The notes under the pieces: generated by a model
What the model saw: the letters and a program-made list of their open reading frames with translations, nothing else
The model's database searches: none
What the model was told of the DNA's origin: nothing
Origin: Ancylonema sp.
Lineage: Eukaryota
NCBI GenBank assembly: GCA_050230475.1
Contig: JBFLGF010000106.1
Span: forward strand, 57,230 to 77,229
Direction: 5' to 3'
Length of the DNA: 20,000 nt
Program-made: the position numbers and the translations under genes
In this document: positions 1 through 10,262 of the stretch, piece after piece
Layout: the number at the start of each line of letters is the position of its first letter
Position numbering within the stretch: position 1 is the first letter of the stretch

Positions 1-736
1 CTCTTCTACAGCCGGTAGGCCACCCATCCCACAAAGAGGTCGCGTAAAGTGGGAGTGGGGTGGGGGTGCTGAATTACTCTAGGGAAAGACGTCTGGCTTG
101 CCCTGGGTTTCGGGTTTTGGGTTCTGAGTTTTGGGTTCTGGGTCCAGCGAAACTCCCCGAGCCGCACCTGTGGCTGTACCTTCCCCTGGGGCAGCAACAC
201 ATGTCGTGAAAGCAGAGGCAGAGAGGGAGGTTGAGGAAGGCGCGGCAAACGAGAGAGAGAGGGGGGTGGGGGTAGGGGCGGACAGGTCGCATGGTTTGGG
301 AGAGAGCCTTCCTCATCCAGAACCAGGGGAGGGTGAGGACTCTGAGGGTGGGGCAACGGAGGAAGAGGAGGCTGGGAATGCTGGGGGCAGATGCTCTGAT
401 GCTGACGTGGAGGTGAAGTACGCTGGTGGGGATGGCAGAGATGGTGCGCCAGCTGTTTGTTCCAAGAGAGAGTCTGGAAGTGAGGGTGGGGCAGGGGGGA
501 GTGTACGGTTGAGTACGGCGGAGGGGGGGGGGGAGGGGGTGGAGGGGCAGACTCGGCTGCAAGGGCTTCTGGACAAGGGGAGGCAAAAGAGGTTTGGGGG
601 GGGAGGGGTGGTTGGAGGGGGGAAGCAAGGAAGGAATGAATCGTGCGCGTGTGGGTCGGGGCGGAAGTGGAAAAAGTGTTGCGGGACGGGAGCGCTGGAT
701 AGAGTTTTGGCGCCGGAACAAATCCGGGCACCGTGA
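1..736 (+). CDS. 3' end of ubiquitin-specific protease (peptidase C19, plant UBP15-19-like) with C-terminal SEC-C motif, copy 1; 5' part lies upstream of the window
   Basis: Exon end 1-14 (..LFYSR, donor GTAGG at 15), intron 15-147 (..GTCCAG), last exon 148-736 (ETPRAAP...GRNESCACGSGRKWKKCCG...RAP*, TGA). The family is identified from copy 2, which shows the preceding USP exons. Confidence 0.75.
103..144 (+). repeat. Six degenerate heptamers (consensus YTGGGTT, telomere-like) just upstream of a splice acceptor; repeated at 1944-1985
   Basis: CTGGGTT TCGGGTT TTGGGTT CTGAGTT TTGGGTT CTGGGTC followed by CAG. Confidence 0.7.
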
Positions 737-1504
737 AGGGATTTTTGACATCGAGGGAGGGTGCGTCACATGTGATTATGTATATATTTGCCGCCATTGT
801 GTCGTTTTGCAAATGAAGGTGTGGTAGAGTGCAAAAGTCTTATGGTCGGAGCATGTGTCTCGCATGCATTTTAGATTACGAACTGTGTGTTGGTGTGGTA
901 TACATTGTGGTTCTCCATTGCTGCCTCGTTCACCCGCTTGCATCTATGGCGCATCCATTGCTTTTTAATGTGTGTGGGGAGATGTTGACTCGTGTTTGTC
1001 TCGAATGCTGCTCTTGCCAATTCCTATCTGCTGTGTGATCAAACACACCCTCCCAAATGGTAGAACGACTGAACAACCAAATGTCGATGGTGCTCGAGAC
1101 GAATGAAGAGGGTTCAACAAAGAGGTATTGAACAAGCGGGGTTGGTGTATTGGGAGTTATAGACAACCCTCTCTAATGTATCACAACCCCGCCAAGCCTG
1201 GGGTGGGAATTGAATTCCGGGTTCCGCCCCCCCCAGCCTGGGTTGGAGGGGTTTAGTGGAGTGTGGAAAATTGACGGATGGTGGAGTTCTTGCGAACTCC
1301 GGACGATCATGTGGTCGAAGTTGGAGATTGGTCAGTGTTAGGTGTTGGGGGTTGCGCACAATGCTAGGTACAATAGATCATACTTCATAAGCACATGTGA
1401 AATGGGACATCTCACCTGCGCTCACATGAGACATGTGACTCGTGGCAAACGTCCTTATGACTCGATGCAGCCATTTGACTTGTTTCGCACATGCCCCGGT
1501 TCAG

Positions 1505-2577
1505 GTGGTGCACTTGGATGCGTTCAACTCCTCCTTCTGGGGTCACTATGTCTGCTGGCTGGTAAGGTCGACTAGGATCAATTTGGGGCTCATGTAGACG
1601 GTCATTTCGATTTCATTTCCCGCGACATTTCATAACAATACTCACATGTACAACTATACTCAAGTTTCAGGTTTTCAGGCCTCGAAATGCTACTGCGACT
1701 GCAAGTTTTTAAAACTTGGGGATTGGGGTTGTGGGGGTTGGGGGGATGCAGAAGGACTCAAATGGACAGTGGTACAAAGTGGATGACGATTCCGTTGGTG
1801 TCAGCACCCTCTCTGACGCGCTTCGTCAGCAAGCTTACCTCCTCTTCTACAGCCGGTAGGCCACCCATCCCACAAAGAGGTCGCGTAAAGTGGGAGTGGG
1901 GTGGGGGTGCTGAATTACTCTAGGGAAAGACGTCTGGCTTGCCCTGGGTTTCGGGTTTTGGGTTCTGAGTTTTGGGTTCTGGGTCCAGCGAAACTCCCCG
2001 AGCCGCACCTGTGGCTGTACCTTCCCCTGGGGCAGCAACACATGTCGTGAAAGCAGAGGCAGAGAGGGAGGTTGAGGAAGGCGCGGCAAACGAGAGAGAG
2101 AGGGGGGTGGGGGTAGGGGCGGACAGGTCGCATGGTTTGGGAGAGAGCCTTCCTCATCCAGAACCAGGGGAGGGTGAGGACTCTGAGGGTGGGGCAACGG
2201 AGGAAGAGGAGGCTGGGAATGCTGGGGGCAGATGCTCTGATGCTGACGTGGAGGTGAAGTACGCTGGTGGGGATGGCAGAGATGGTGCGCCAGCTGTTTG
2301 TTCCAAGAGAGAGTCTGGAAGTGAGGGTGGGGCAGGGGGGAGTGTACGGTTGAGTACGGCGGAGGGGGGGGGGGAGGGGGTGGAGGGGCAGACTCGGCTG
2401 CAAGGGCTTCTGGACAAGGGGAGGCAAAAGAGGTTTGGGGGGGGAGGGGTGGTTGGAGGGGGGAAGCAAGGAAGGAATGAATCGTGCGCGTGTGGGTCGG
2501 GGCGGAAGTGGAAAAAGTGTTGCGGGACGGGAGCGCTGGATAGAGTTTTGGCGCCGGAACAAATCCGGGCACCGTGA
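1505..2577 (+). CDS. Last three exons of the UBP15-19-like protease plus SEC-C tail, copy 2; 5'-truncated at the duplication junction 1500/1501
   Basis: Exons 1505-1561 (VVHLDAFNSSFWGHYVCWL, His box GHY), 1752-1855 (KDSNGQWYKVDDDSVGVSTLSDALRQQAYLLFYSR) and 1989-2577, all GT-AG and in phase. Matches the recalled plant UBP15-19 C-terminus VVHLD..N.SF.GHYICYVKD..GNWYRIDDS...AYMLFY.R. Confidence 0.75.
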
Positions 2578-3821
2578 AGGGATTTTTGACATCGAGGGAG
2601 GGTGCGTCACATGTGATTATGTATATATTTGCCGCCATTGTGTCGTTTTGCAAATGAAGGTGTGGTAGAGTGCAAAAGTCTTATGGTCGGAGCATGTGTC
2701 TCGCATGCATTTTAGATTACGAACTGTGTGTTGGTGTGGTATACATTGTGGTTCTCCATTGCTGCCTCGTTCACCCGCTTGCATCTATGGCGCATCCATT
2801 GCTTTTTAATGTGTGTGGGGAGATGTTGACTCGTGTTTGTCTCGAATGCTGCTCTTGCCAATTCCTATCTGCTGTGTGATCAAACACACCCTCCCAAATG
2901 GTAGAACGACTGAACAACCAAATGTCGATGGTGCTCGAGACGAATGAAGAGGGTTCAACAAAGAGGTATTGAACAAGCGGGGTTGGTGTATTGGGAGTTA
3001 TAGACAACCCTCTCTAATGTATCACAACCCCGCCAAGCCTGGGGTGGGAATTGAATTCCGGGTTCCGCCCCCCCCAGCCTGGGTTGGAGGGGTTTAGTGG
3101 AGTGTGGAAAATTGACGGATGGTGGAGTTCTTGCGAACTCCGGACGATCATGTGGTCGAAGTTGGAGATTGGTCAGTGTTAGGTGTTGGGGGTTGCGCAC
3201 AATGCTAGGTACAATAGATCATACTTCATAAGCACATGTGAAATGGGACATCTCACCTGCGCTCACATGAGACATGTGACTCGTGGCAAACGTCCTTATG
3301 ACTCGATGCAGCCATTTGACTTGTTTCGCACATGCCCCGGTCCACCCAGCTCCCATCGAGTTCGGGTTGGATCCCCCAAACCATGTCGGGCACTCCCACC
3401 CGGGTTCCCAATCATTTTCTCCATGGTTGGGCTGGCGGCTGGCCAGCTTCAAGGGTTGTGCACAATGCTGGAAAACTTGCTGAAAAACTTTGACGTGTGG
3501 GGCCGGCATCACGGGAGATCCACGAGCCGTATTGGTTTGCATGATTTGTACGTTTTGTACGTCTTGTTTTAAACTTGTGCACTCTTCTGTACGGTACGGT
3601 TTTCAGCGAAAAGTGAGTTGAAGCACACGATATCTGTAGGGTCAGATGAGCTGACACGAAAATCCACGTGGTCGTTGTCGTCACAGCTGAAGTCAACCTC
3701 CTTCGTTGACTTGCATGTGCCGCAGGTGACAATCGCCTCCCAAACATATTTATGGCGGTCTGCAAACGCCACATTGTAGAAATCGCCCCTTGTCTCTCAG
3801 CCGTTGTCACGGTGGACAAAA

Positions 3822-6800
3822 ATGGCTGCCACTGTGACTGGGCGTTTAAGCATGCGCCACGTGGTCCTCCAGCCCGCTATCCCGCCGCGTGGTCCAGCCA
3901 CTTGTACCGCTGAGTCCGCTTCTTGGGGAACCCGTGCGCTTGGCCCACTGTCCGAGACGTGCACCTGTGAAAAGAAAGACTTGGAATTGTTACATTCCAA
4001 ACACCCTTACCGCTCCCAGACTGTCTCCGACTTCCGTCCCCAGTTATTTCCCAACCCCAACAAATATTTCAATTGTACCAAACCGACGCGATGGACGCGT
4101 GTCGCGCAGAAGACTGCCCCTCAGTACGTGGTGGCTACTGGCAGTGGAGGCGCGCCCTCCGCTGGTCCCCCTTACAACGACGGCGATAGGAGAAGTCGAG
4201 AGACCAGGTACCCGAGTGACGAAGCTGATGCACGGGGTGCTGGTTCTCGGACAAGCGGACGTGGCGCAAATCGAGAATCTTATCCTCAGCCAGCAGCGGC
4301 GGGTCTGAGAGATGCGCCGGAAGAGAGGGCGCAGTCGTCGATAGGACTGCAAAAGAGTCGGGGCGAGCTGTATATAGAAGAACAGGGAAGGGAGGGAAAT
4401 TTGGCGGGAAGCGACACTCTGTGGGGATACGATTCGGAGGACGGAGGTCAGGGAGTCGATGACGACTCAGCAGACGTGGCAGTCGCTGGTTCTGTTTCAG
4501 AGCAGTTTCCTGACGGTGGGGAGAAGTTTCTCGGAAAAGAGAGAGTGGAATCTGTTTCAAGACGGAAGAAACTGAGTGGCCAGGAGAAAGCTCTGCTGGC
4601 TGCTGCCCAGCGGCATGTTGCCACGTGTTACGGGTGTGGAGCAGCTCTGCAGACTGGGGAACCAGAGGCGCCAGGATACGTGCCGCTAGACACCTACACC
4701 CTGGTTAGTCCCCTCCTTGTAGGTCGGTTATGGAGTATTGACCCCACACACAACGTCTCAAAGGAGGATCGAGAATCATGCCATTGGTTTTCCCACATTC
4801 TAAACATTTCGTTTTTTTTCCCACCTCATTATTGGGGCTAAACAGTAAACCCCATGGCTGGGTGGCTTGGCGGCTGGGTGTTCAGAAGAAGAGACATCAC
4901 CAGCTGGGCAGTGTGGTTTGCACGCGGTGCCGCCAGCTGTCGCAGGGCACTATGGTACCGGCTGTGGGGGGCAATGGGGGGTATGGGTCTGGGAAGGGGT
5001 TTGTGCTGGCGGACGATCTGAGGCGCCAGCTGGCACACCTCCGGTTGCAGAAGGCCCTCATCGTGAAACTGGTGAGGTGGCAGTGGTGTCTGAACCCCAA
5101 CCCTTCTGAACCGAAATATTGGACGAAGCACCTTCTTGCATCCTCATCATTGACTTCAGCATTTCAAACAATTGGAGCTCAACACATTCCTGAATCCTAA
5201 ACATCCATCTCAAGGTTCCAGGTCTCCTGACTCGGGTTCAGAGGCAATGAGGGGATGTGGGGTTTTGGGCTCATGATTACATTCGGCCTTCCTGTCCTCT
5301 CGTGCGCCAGGTGGATGTGGTGGATTTCAACGGCAGCTTTTTGGGTCGTGTGCGGGATCTGGTTGGACCCAATCCGATCGTCCTCGTGGTCACCTAGGTG
5401 GGGCCCACTCCCCGTTTCTTGTTTACCCAAAACTACGGGAGCAGAACCGTCCAAGTATCTTAAAAAACCCCTAAAACCCGGGGGCATGTCAAACAAATGA
5501 CCCGAACAAACCTGATATCACGCCCTATGTACATGCTTTCCTGCTTTGCTTCGATACCGACTGACCTCAACAACCTGTGCCCTACTCAGGGGGATACAAT
5601 CGTCACCCTGAATAAAAACCCTAAAAACACCGTTCCCCTACCCACCAGGTAGACCTCCTCCCCGAGGGCACCAATCTGGAGGCGGTTGGCGACTGGATCA
5701 TCGAAACTGTGATGCGCAAAAAACTGAAGCAAGTCTTGTGCCCTCCCCCTCCCCCACATACTACCACACGTCCTCAACCCCCCCCCCCCCCCCTGTGCAG
5801 TGTCACCAGCGTCCACCTCAGCAGTGCCAAAGCCCACACCGGGATCGCATCGGTGGCAGCTGCCATCAACAAGGAGAGACAGGTAGGAAGCTTCCTCCCC
5901 GCCTTCCTGGGCGCTTTCTGACATACAACTGGGGGGGGTGGTGGGGGGGGGGAACAGGGCAGGGACGTGTACGTCCTGGTAGGGTTTATCGTCCACTGGT
6001 CAGGGCTGGGGTTGGGGATCGATTTAGGGTTTAAGGGTCAGGGAGGAACGGGTTTTGGGTTTGCAGGGAGCAGCCAATGTGGGGAAGTCCGCTTTTGTCA
6101 GCGCTCTCCTGGGTAGGTTGGCTCACCCCCCTGAGCCCCCCCCACCACACCGTCTTTTCTTTACTTCAGTACTACATTGCTTTATTTGTTTGTTTGTTGG
6201 TTTGGTTTTTCAGTCGTAAAAATCCGGCAACTATCAAATGTATGAAATAAAATCCTTGATTCATTGCTCATGTTTGATTCTTCTGCTCTCTATATGCATC
6301 TTCTTGTTTTGCATCTATCATTTATCAATTATTAATTATCATTTAGAATCAATCATTCATTATTTATAGACTGTAATTTAGAATCGATCAATCCATATTT
6401 CATCATTCATAATCAACAAAAAAAATCGTTTTTTTAAATCACGTGCTTCGTAAAATTTTCCCGTTCCACGTGTGCTTCCTCCCCCTCACCAAATTCCACG
6501 TCAACTCACCACCCTCCACCCTCCCATCCTCCCATCCTCCCATCCTCCCATCCTACGAACCCCCCCTTTATTCTGTCTTCTGGTGTTTTCTCTGCAGAGG
6601 AATTGGCCGATCGCGAGCCAAACGCGGCGGCTGCTCGCCGAAGAAAGCCGATAGCCTCACCCATGCCAGGAACAACCTTGGGCCCAATCGCCATCAAGGC
6701 CTTTGCCGGCTCTGAGGTGAACCACTCGCTGCAACCAAGTACAGGGCTGTGTGACAAACGATTGTCTATCATGTGGATCTAGGGTTGTTCCTGAGGCTTT

Positions 6801-8095
6801 GCTTCATGCCCATCTGGGTTTCTTGCGGCAAGAATGGAATTCAAGTTCAACACTGTGAAGTGACGACTGGGACGTGCGTCCATTCAGATGCGAGGCAACT
6901 CGACCCCCAAAACTCATCCAAGTAATATATAACCCTAAACCCCACCCCCCCAGACTCTGTTCGACACGGCTGGAGTCCACCTCCACCATCGCATGGCTGC
7001 TGCTGTCCACCCCCCCGATCTCCCCCTATTGGCCCCCCGCCGTCGCCTGAGGGGCGATGTGCCCTCCCCCCCCCTCCAAGGGAAGGGGCTCTATGCGGAT
7101 GGCAGGGAGGCTCCTGAGGGCGCCACGTGGCAGGGGGAGGAGGGGGGGGAGGTGGAGGTGGGTGGGGTGGGGATGGAAGGACTGAGCTTGTTTTGGGGAG
7201 GCATCGTGCGAGTCGACGTCCTCCAGGCGCCCCCTTCACTCCGGTTCACGTTTTTTGGGGCCACTGGAATCCGGATTCAGGCAGCTTACACCCAGGACGC
7301 AGAACAAATATACGCGGTAAGAAAGCTGATCTGGTGGGGGGATTGCGGTATGCGGATGTGGGGTTGGGTCGAAGTTTTTAGGCCTGTGGTGTGTTGGGGG
7401 CTGGCAGCGCGAGGTTGGGAAGAAGCTGGTGCCTCCTGGGGATGGGGGGCAGTGGGATGGGCTGCTATCCCGAACAGCGGTGCAGTTGGAGGCGAGTTTG
7501 GGTTCCAGGTGAGTGCGGTTGGAAGCAGTGAGGGACCACCTTTGTTGTGCGAATAACACTTTGGCTGTTATGTCGGTGGCAATTGCTCATCATATGATTC
7601 GCATGGAGGAAAGACCACTCACCTATCACTTAATTTTCATATGAACAACATTTGTTTCGAATATTATATTTGTGCATTATCTCTTACCCGGCTCTTTATT
7701 TTGAGAGAGAGAGAGGTTAGAGAATTTCTCTTTTGTAATATTTTTTATGAGGCGTTTGTTCCTTTTAATTTGTATTTGTTTTTTGTTTTTGTTTTTGTCT
7801 TTGTTTTTAATTATTGTTGGTCTCTTTTTGGGATCACAGACCTACGGGAGACATCGCGATTTCCGGACTAGGATGGATAACAGTTTCCGCAGTCGCTCGT
7901 CCCATAGCCGAATCCACAGAAACCTTAGAGCCTCAATGTGTGCGCCTTCTTGTCCACACCCCCCGGGGGGTGGAGGTCTTTGGAAGGGATGCCATCCCTG
8001 TGGGAGGGTTGGCAGTGAAATGGTATCGCTTTGCAAACTTGACGGAGGAAGAAGAGATAAGCAGGCCGCAACTGTTTTTCGAACAAGCTCATTGA
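3822..8095 (+). CDS. NOA1: NOA1/RIF1 (YqeH-family circularly permuted GTPase, organellar ribosome biogenesis), 11 exons, about 740 aa, with an in-frame TAG at codon 385
   Basis: Exons 3822-4703, 4886-5071, 5311-5397, 5649-5728, 5801-5882, 5958-5978, 6067-6112, 6598-6716, 6954-7316, 7408-7508, 7840-8095 (2223 nt, in phase). Zinc motif CYGC..CTRC, AVGGNGGY, VDVVDFNGSFL, G4 T[*]VD, G5 SAK, G1 GAANVGKS, G2 PGTT, G3 DTAG, FWGG, DIAISGLGW, WY..LTEEEE..RP.LFF, all colinear with recalled Arabidopsis NOA1. The start codon is inferred. Confidence 0.93.
6521..6554 (+). repeat. About four tandem copies of an 8-mer (CTCCCATC) in NOA1 intron 7; repeated at 11261-11294
   Basis: ctcccatc ctcccatc ctcccatc ctcccatc ct read directly. 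Confidence 0.85.
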
Positions 8096-8864
8096 GAAAT
8101 TAGAAACATCTCCTGGTGGGGCGAGTGATACTTGCTTATAGTTGTGCACGTGTTTAGCATTTTCCTTGTCCCAAAAGGAACGAAAACGGTAACAGATGCG
8201 TACATGGTTGAATGTTCAAGCTTGTGTGCTCATATCTCAATATTGTGTGGATTGCTTTCGTTGAAAGCTTGATCATGCCCAATTCGGCTAATGAGCTGAT
8301 CAGAACCGTACAAAAAAAATGAAGGCTGCTCACAGGCTAGTCAATATATATTTTATCAAACGGCTACATTGCTTGTGGATGTGTTTACAATCACGTCAAA
8401 AGATGCTAGCGTATAAAATAAGTAACGATTGACCAAAGTGTGTCAAGGAACGTCTTCCCACGGATAATGGGACTTCCACAAAAGATCGGAATTTAACCAT
8501 TTTAACTATACCACACATGATCTTTCGCAAGATTGAGTGTCTCTATGTGACATGACGGTTTGTGTGCTTTGATGCACGGGCGACCTTTCTGTTGTTTGAA
8601 TATTAGCTTTGTATCCATATGTCTACTCCCCCCCCCCTCCCTTTTAAACTTTCTTTGATAGATTCGTGGTTGTACCGCATGCACGATCGCACTGTTACCT
8701 TGTAGAAGGTGTCACGTCTATACCATACAACCCGAATTTATATCAAGTATTCTAATATAGACTTATTGGGAGGCCTTAGTTAAAGTGACGGTTTGTACTA
8801 CAACCTATTGTGAAATTCCGTCAGCCATACTGGACTGCGAAATAATTTTCTAGAGAAGATTCAA

Positions 8865-10261
8865 CAAACGCGGCGGCTGCTCGCCGAAGAAAGCCGATAG
8901 CCTCACCCATGCCAGGAACAACCTTGGGCCCAATCGCCATCAAGGCCTTTGCCGGCTCTGAGGTGAACCACTCGCTGCAACCAAGTACAGGGCTGTGTGA
9001 CAAACGATTGTCTATCATGTGGATCTAGGGTTGTTCCTGAGGCTTTGCTTCATGCCCATCTGGGTTTCTTGCGGCAAGAATGGAATTCAAGTTCAACACT
9101 GTGAAGTGACGACTGGGACGTGCGTCCATTCAGATGCGAGGCAACTCGACCCCCAAAACTCATCCAAGTAATATATAACCCTAAACCCCACCCCCCCAGA
9201 CTCTGTTCGACACGGCTGGAGTCCACCTCCACCATCGCATGGCTGCTGCTGTCCACCCCCCCGATCTCCCCCTATTGGCCCCCCGCCGTCGCCTGAGGGG
9301 CGATGTGCCCTCCCCCCCCCTCCAAGGGAAGGGGCTCTATGCGGATGGCAGGGAGGCTCCTGAGGGCGCCACGTGGCAGGGGGAGGAGGGGGGGGAGGTG
9401 GAGGTGGGTGGGGTGGGGATGGAAGGACTGAGCTTGTTTTGGGGAGGCATCGTGCGAGTCGACGTCCTCCAGGCGCCCCCTTCACTCCGGTTCACGTTTT
9501 TTGGGGCCACTGGAATCCGGATTCAGGCAGCTTACACCCAGGACGCAGAACAAATATACGCGGTAAGAAAGCTGATCTGGTGGGGGGATTGCGGTATGCG
9601 GATGTGGGGTTGGGTCGAAGTTTTTAGGCCTGTGGTGTGTTGGGGGCTGGCAGCGCGAGGTTGGGAAGAAGCTGGTGCCTCCTGGGGATGGGGGGCAGTG
9701 GGATGGGCTGCTATCCCGAACAGCGGTGCAGTTGGAGGCGAGTTTGGGTTCCAGGTGAGTGCGGTTGGAAGCAGTGAGGGACCACCTTTGTTGTGCGAAT
9801 AACACTTTGGCTGTTATGTCGGTGGCAATTGCTCATCATATGATTCGCATGGAGGAAAGACCACTCACCTATCACTTAATTTTCATATGAACAACATTTG
9901 TTTCGAATATTATATTTGTGCATTATCTCTTACCCGGCTCTTTATTTTGAGAGAGAGAGAGGTTAGAGAATTTCTCTTTTGTAATATTTTTTATGAGGCG
10001 TTTGTTCCTTTTAATTTGTATTTGTTTTTTGTTTTTGTTTTTGTCTTTGTTTTTAATTATTGTTGGTCTCTTTTTGGGATCACAGACCTACGGGAGACAT
10101 CGCGATTTCCGGACTAGGATGGATAACAGTTTCCGCAGTCGCTCGTCCCATAGCCGAATCCACAGAAACCTTAGAGCCTCAATGTGTGCGCCTTCTTGTC
10201 CACACCCCCCGGGGGGTGGAGGTCTTTGTAAGGGATGCCATCCCTGTGGGAGGGTTGGCAG
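8865..10261 (+). pseudogene. NOA1: Duplicated NOA1 fragment B (copy of 6619-8015: most of exon 8 to part of exon 11)
   Basis: Offset 2246. Starts CAAACGCGGCGG inside exon 8 and ends ..GGGTTGGCAG inside exon 11. One substitution seen (G7983 vs T10229). Lacks start, exon-8 acceptor and stop. Confidence 0.9.
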
Positions 10262-10262
10262 A

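Larger units (their letters stand above)
1..3341. repeat. Direct tandem duplication with 1841-bp period (1-1500 = 1842-3341; probable unit 1501-3341)
   Basis: All ORFs recur with offset 1841 and identical translations. Identity ends at ..CATGCCCCGGT (1500/3341), after which the copies diverge (TCAGG vs CCACC). Confidence 0.97.

Noticed and set aside
131..736. Stand-alone 201-aa SEC-C protein, or a bacterial secA fragment from contamination
   Set aside because: The ORF start lies in an intron, and the exon splices in phase to USP exons in a eukaryotic gene context.
6..812. 268-aa and 231-aa Pro-rich minus-strand ORFs (and copies at 1847-2653 and 1915-2610)
   Set aside because: Antisense shadows of the G-rich UBP last exon; no motifs.
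5395..5397. Pyrrolysine-type UAG decoding of the G4 lysine
   Set aside because: Pyrrolysine is known only from some archaea and bacteria, no pyl genes or tRNA are present here, and a single A>T change explains the codon.
6023..6037. True or interstitial telomere array
   Set aside because: Only about two imperfect TTTAGGG units; kept only as part of the intron-composition observation.
3822..8095. Nitric oxide synthase annotation (old AtNOS1 name)
   Set aside because: The family is established as a circularly permuted GTPase; no NOS oxygenase or reductase motifs are present.
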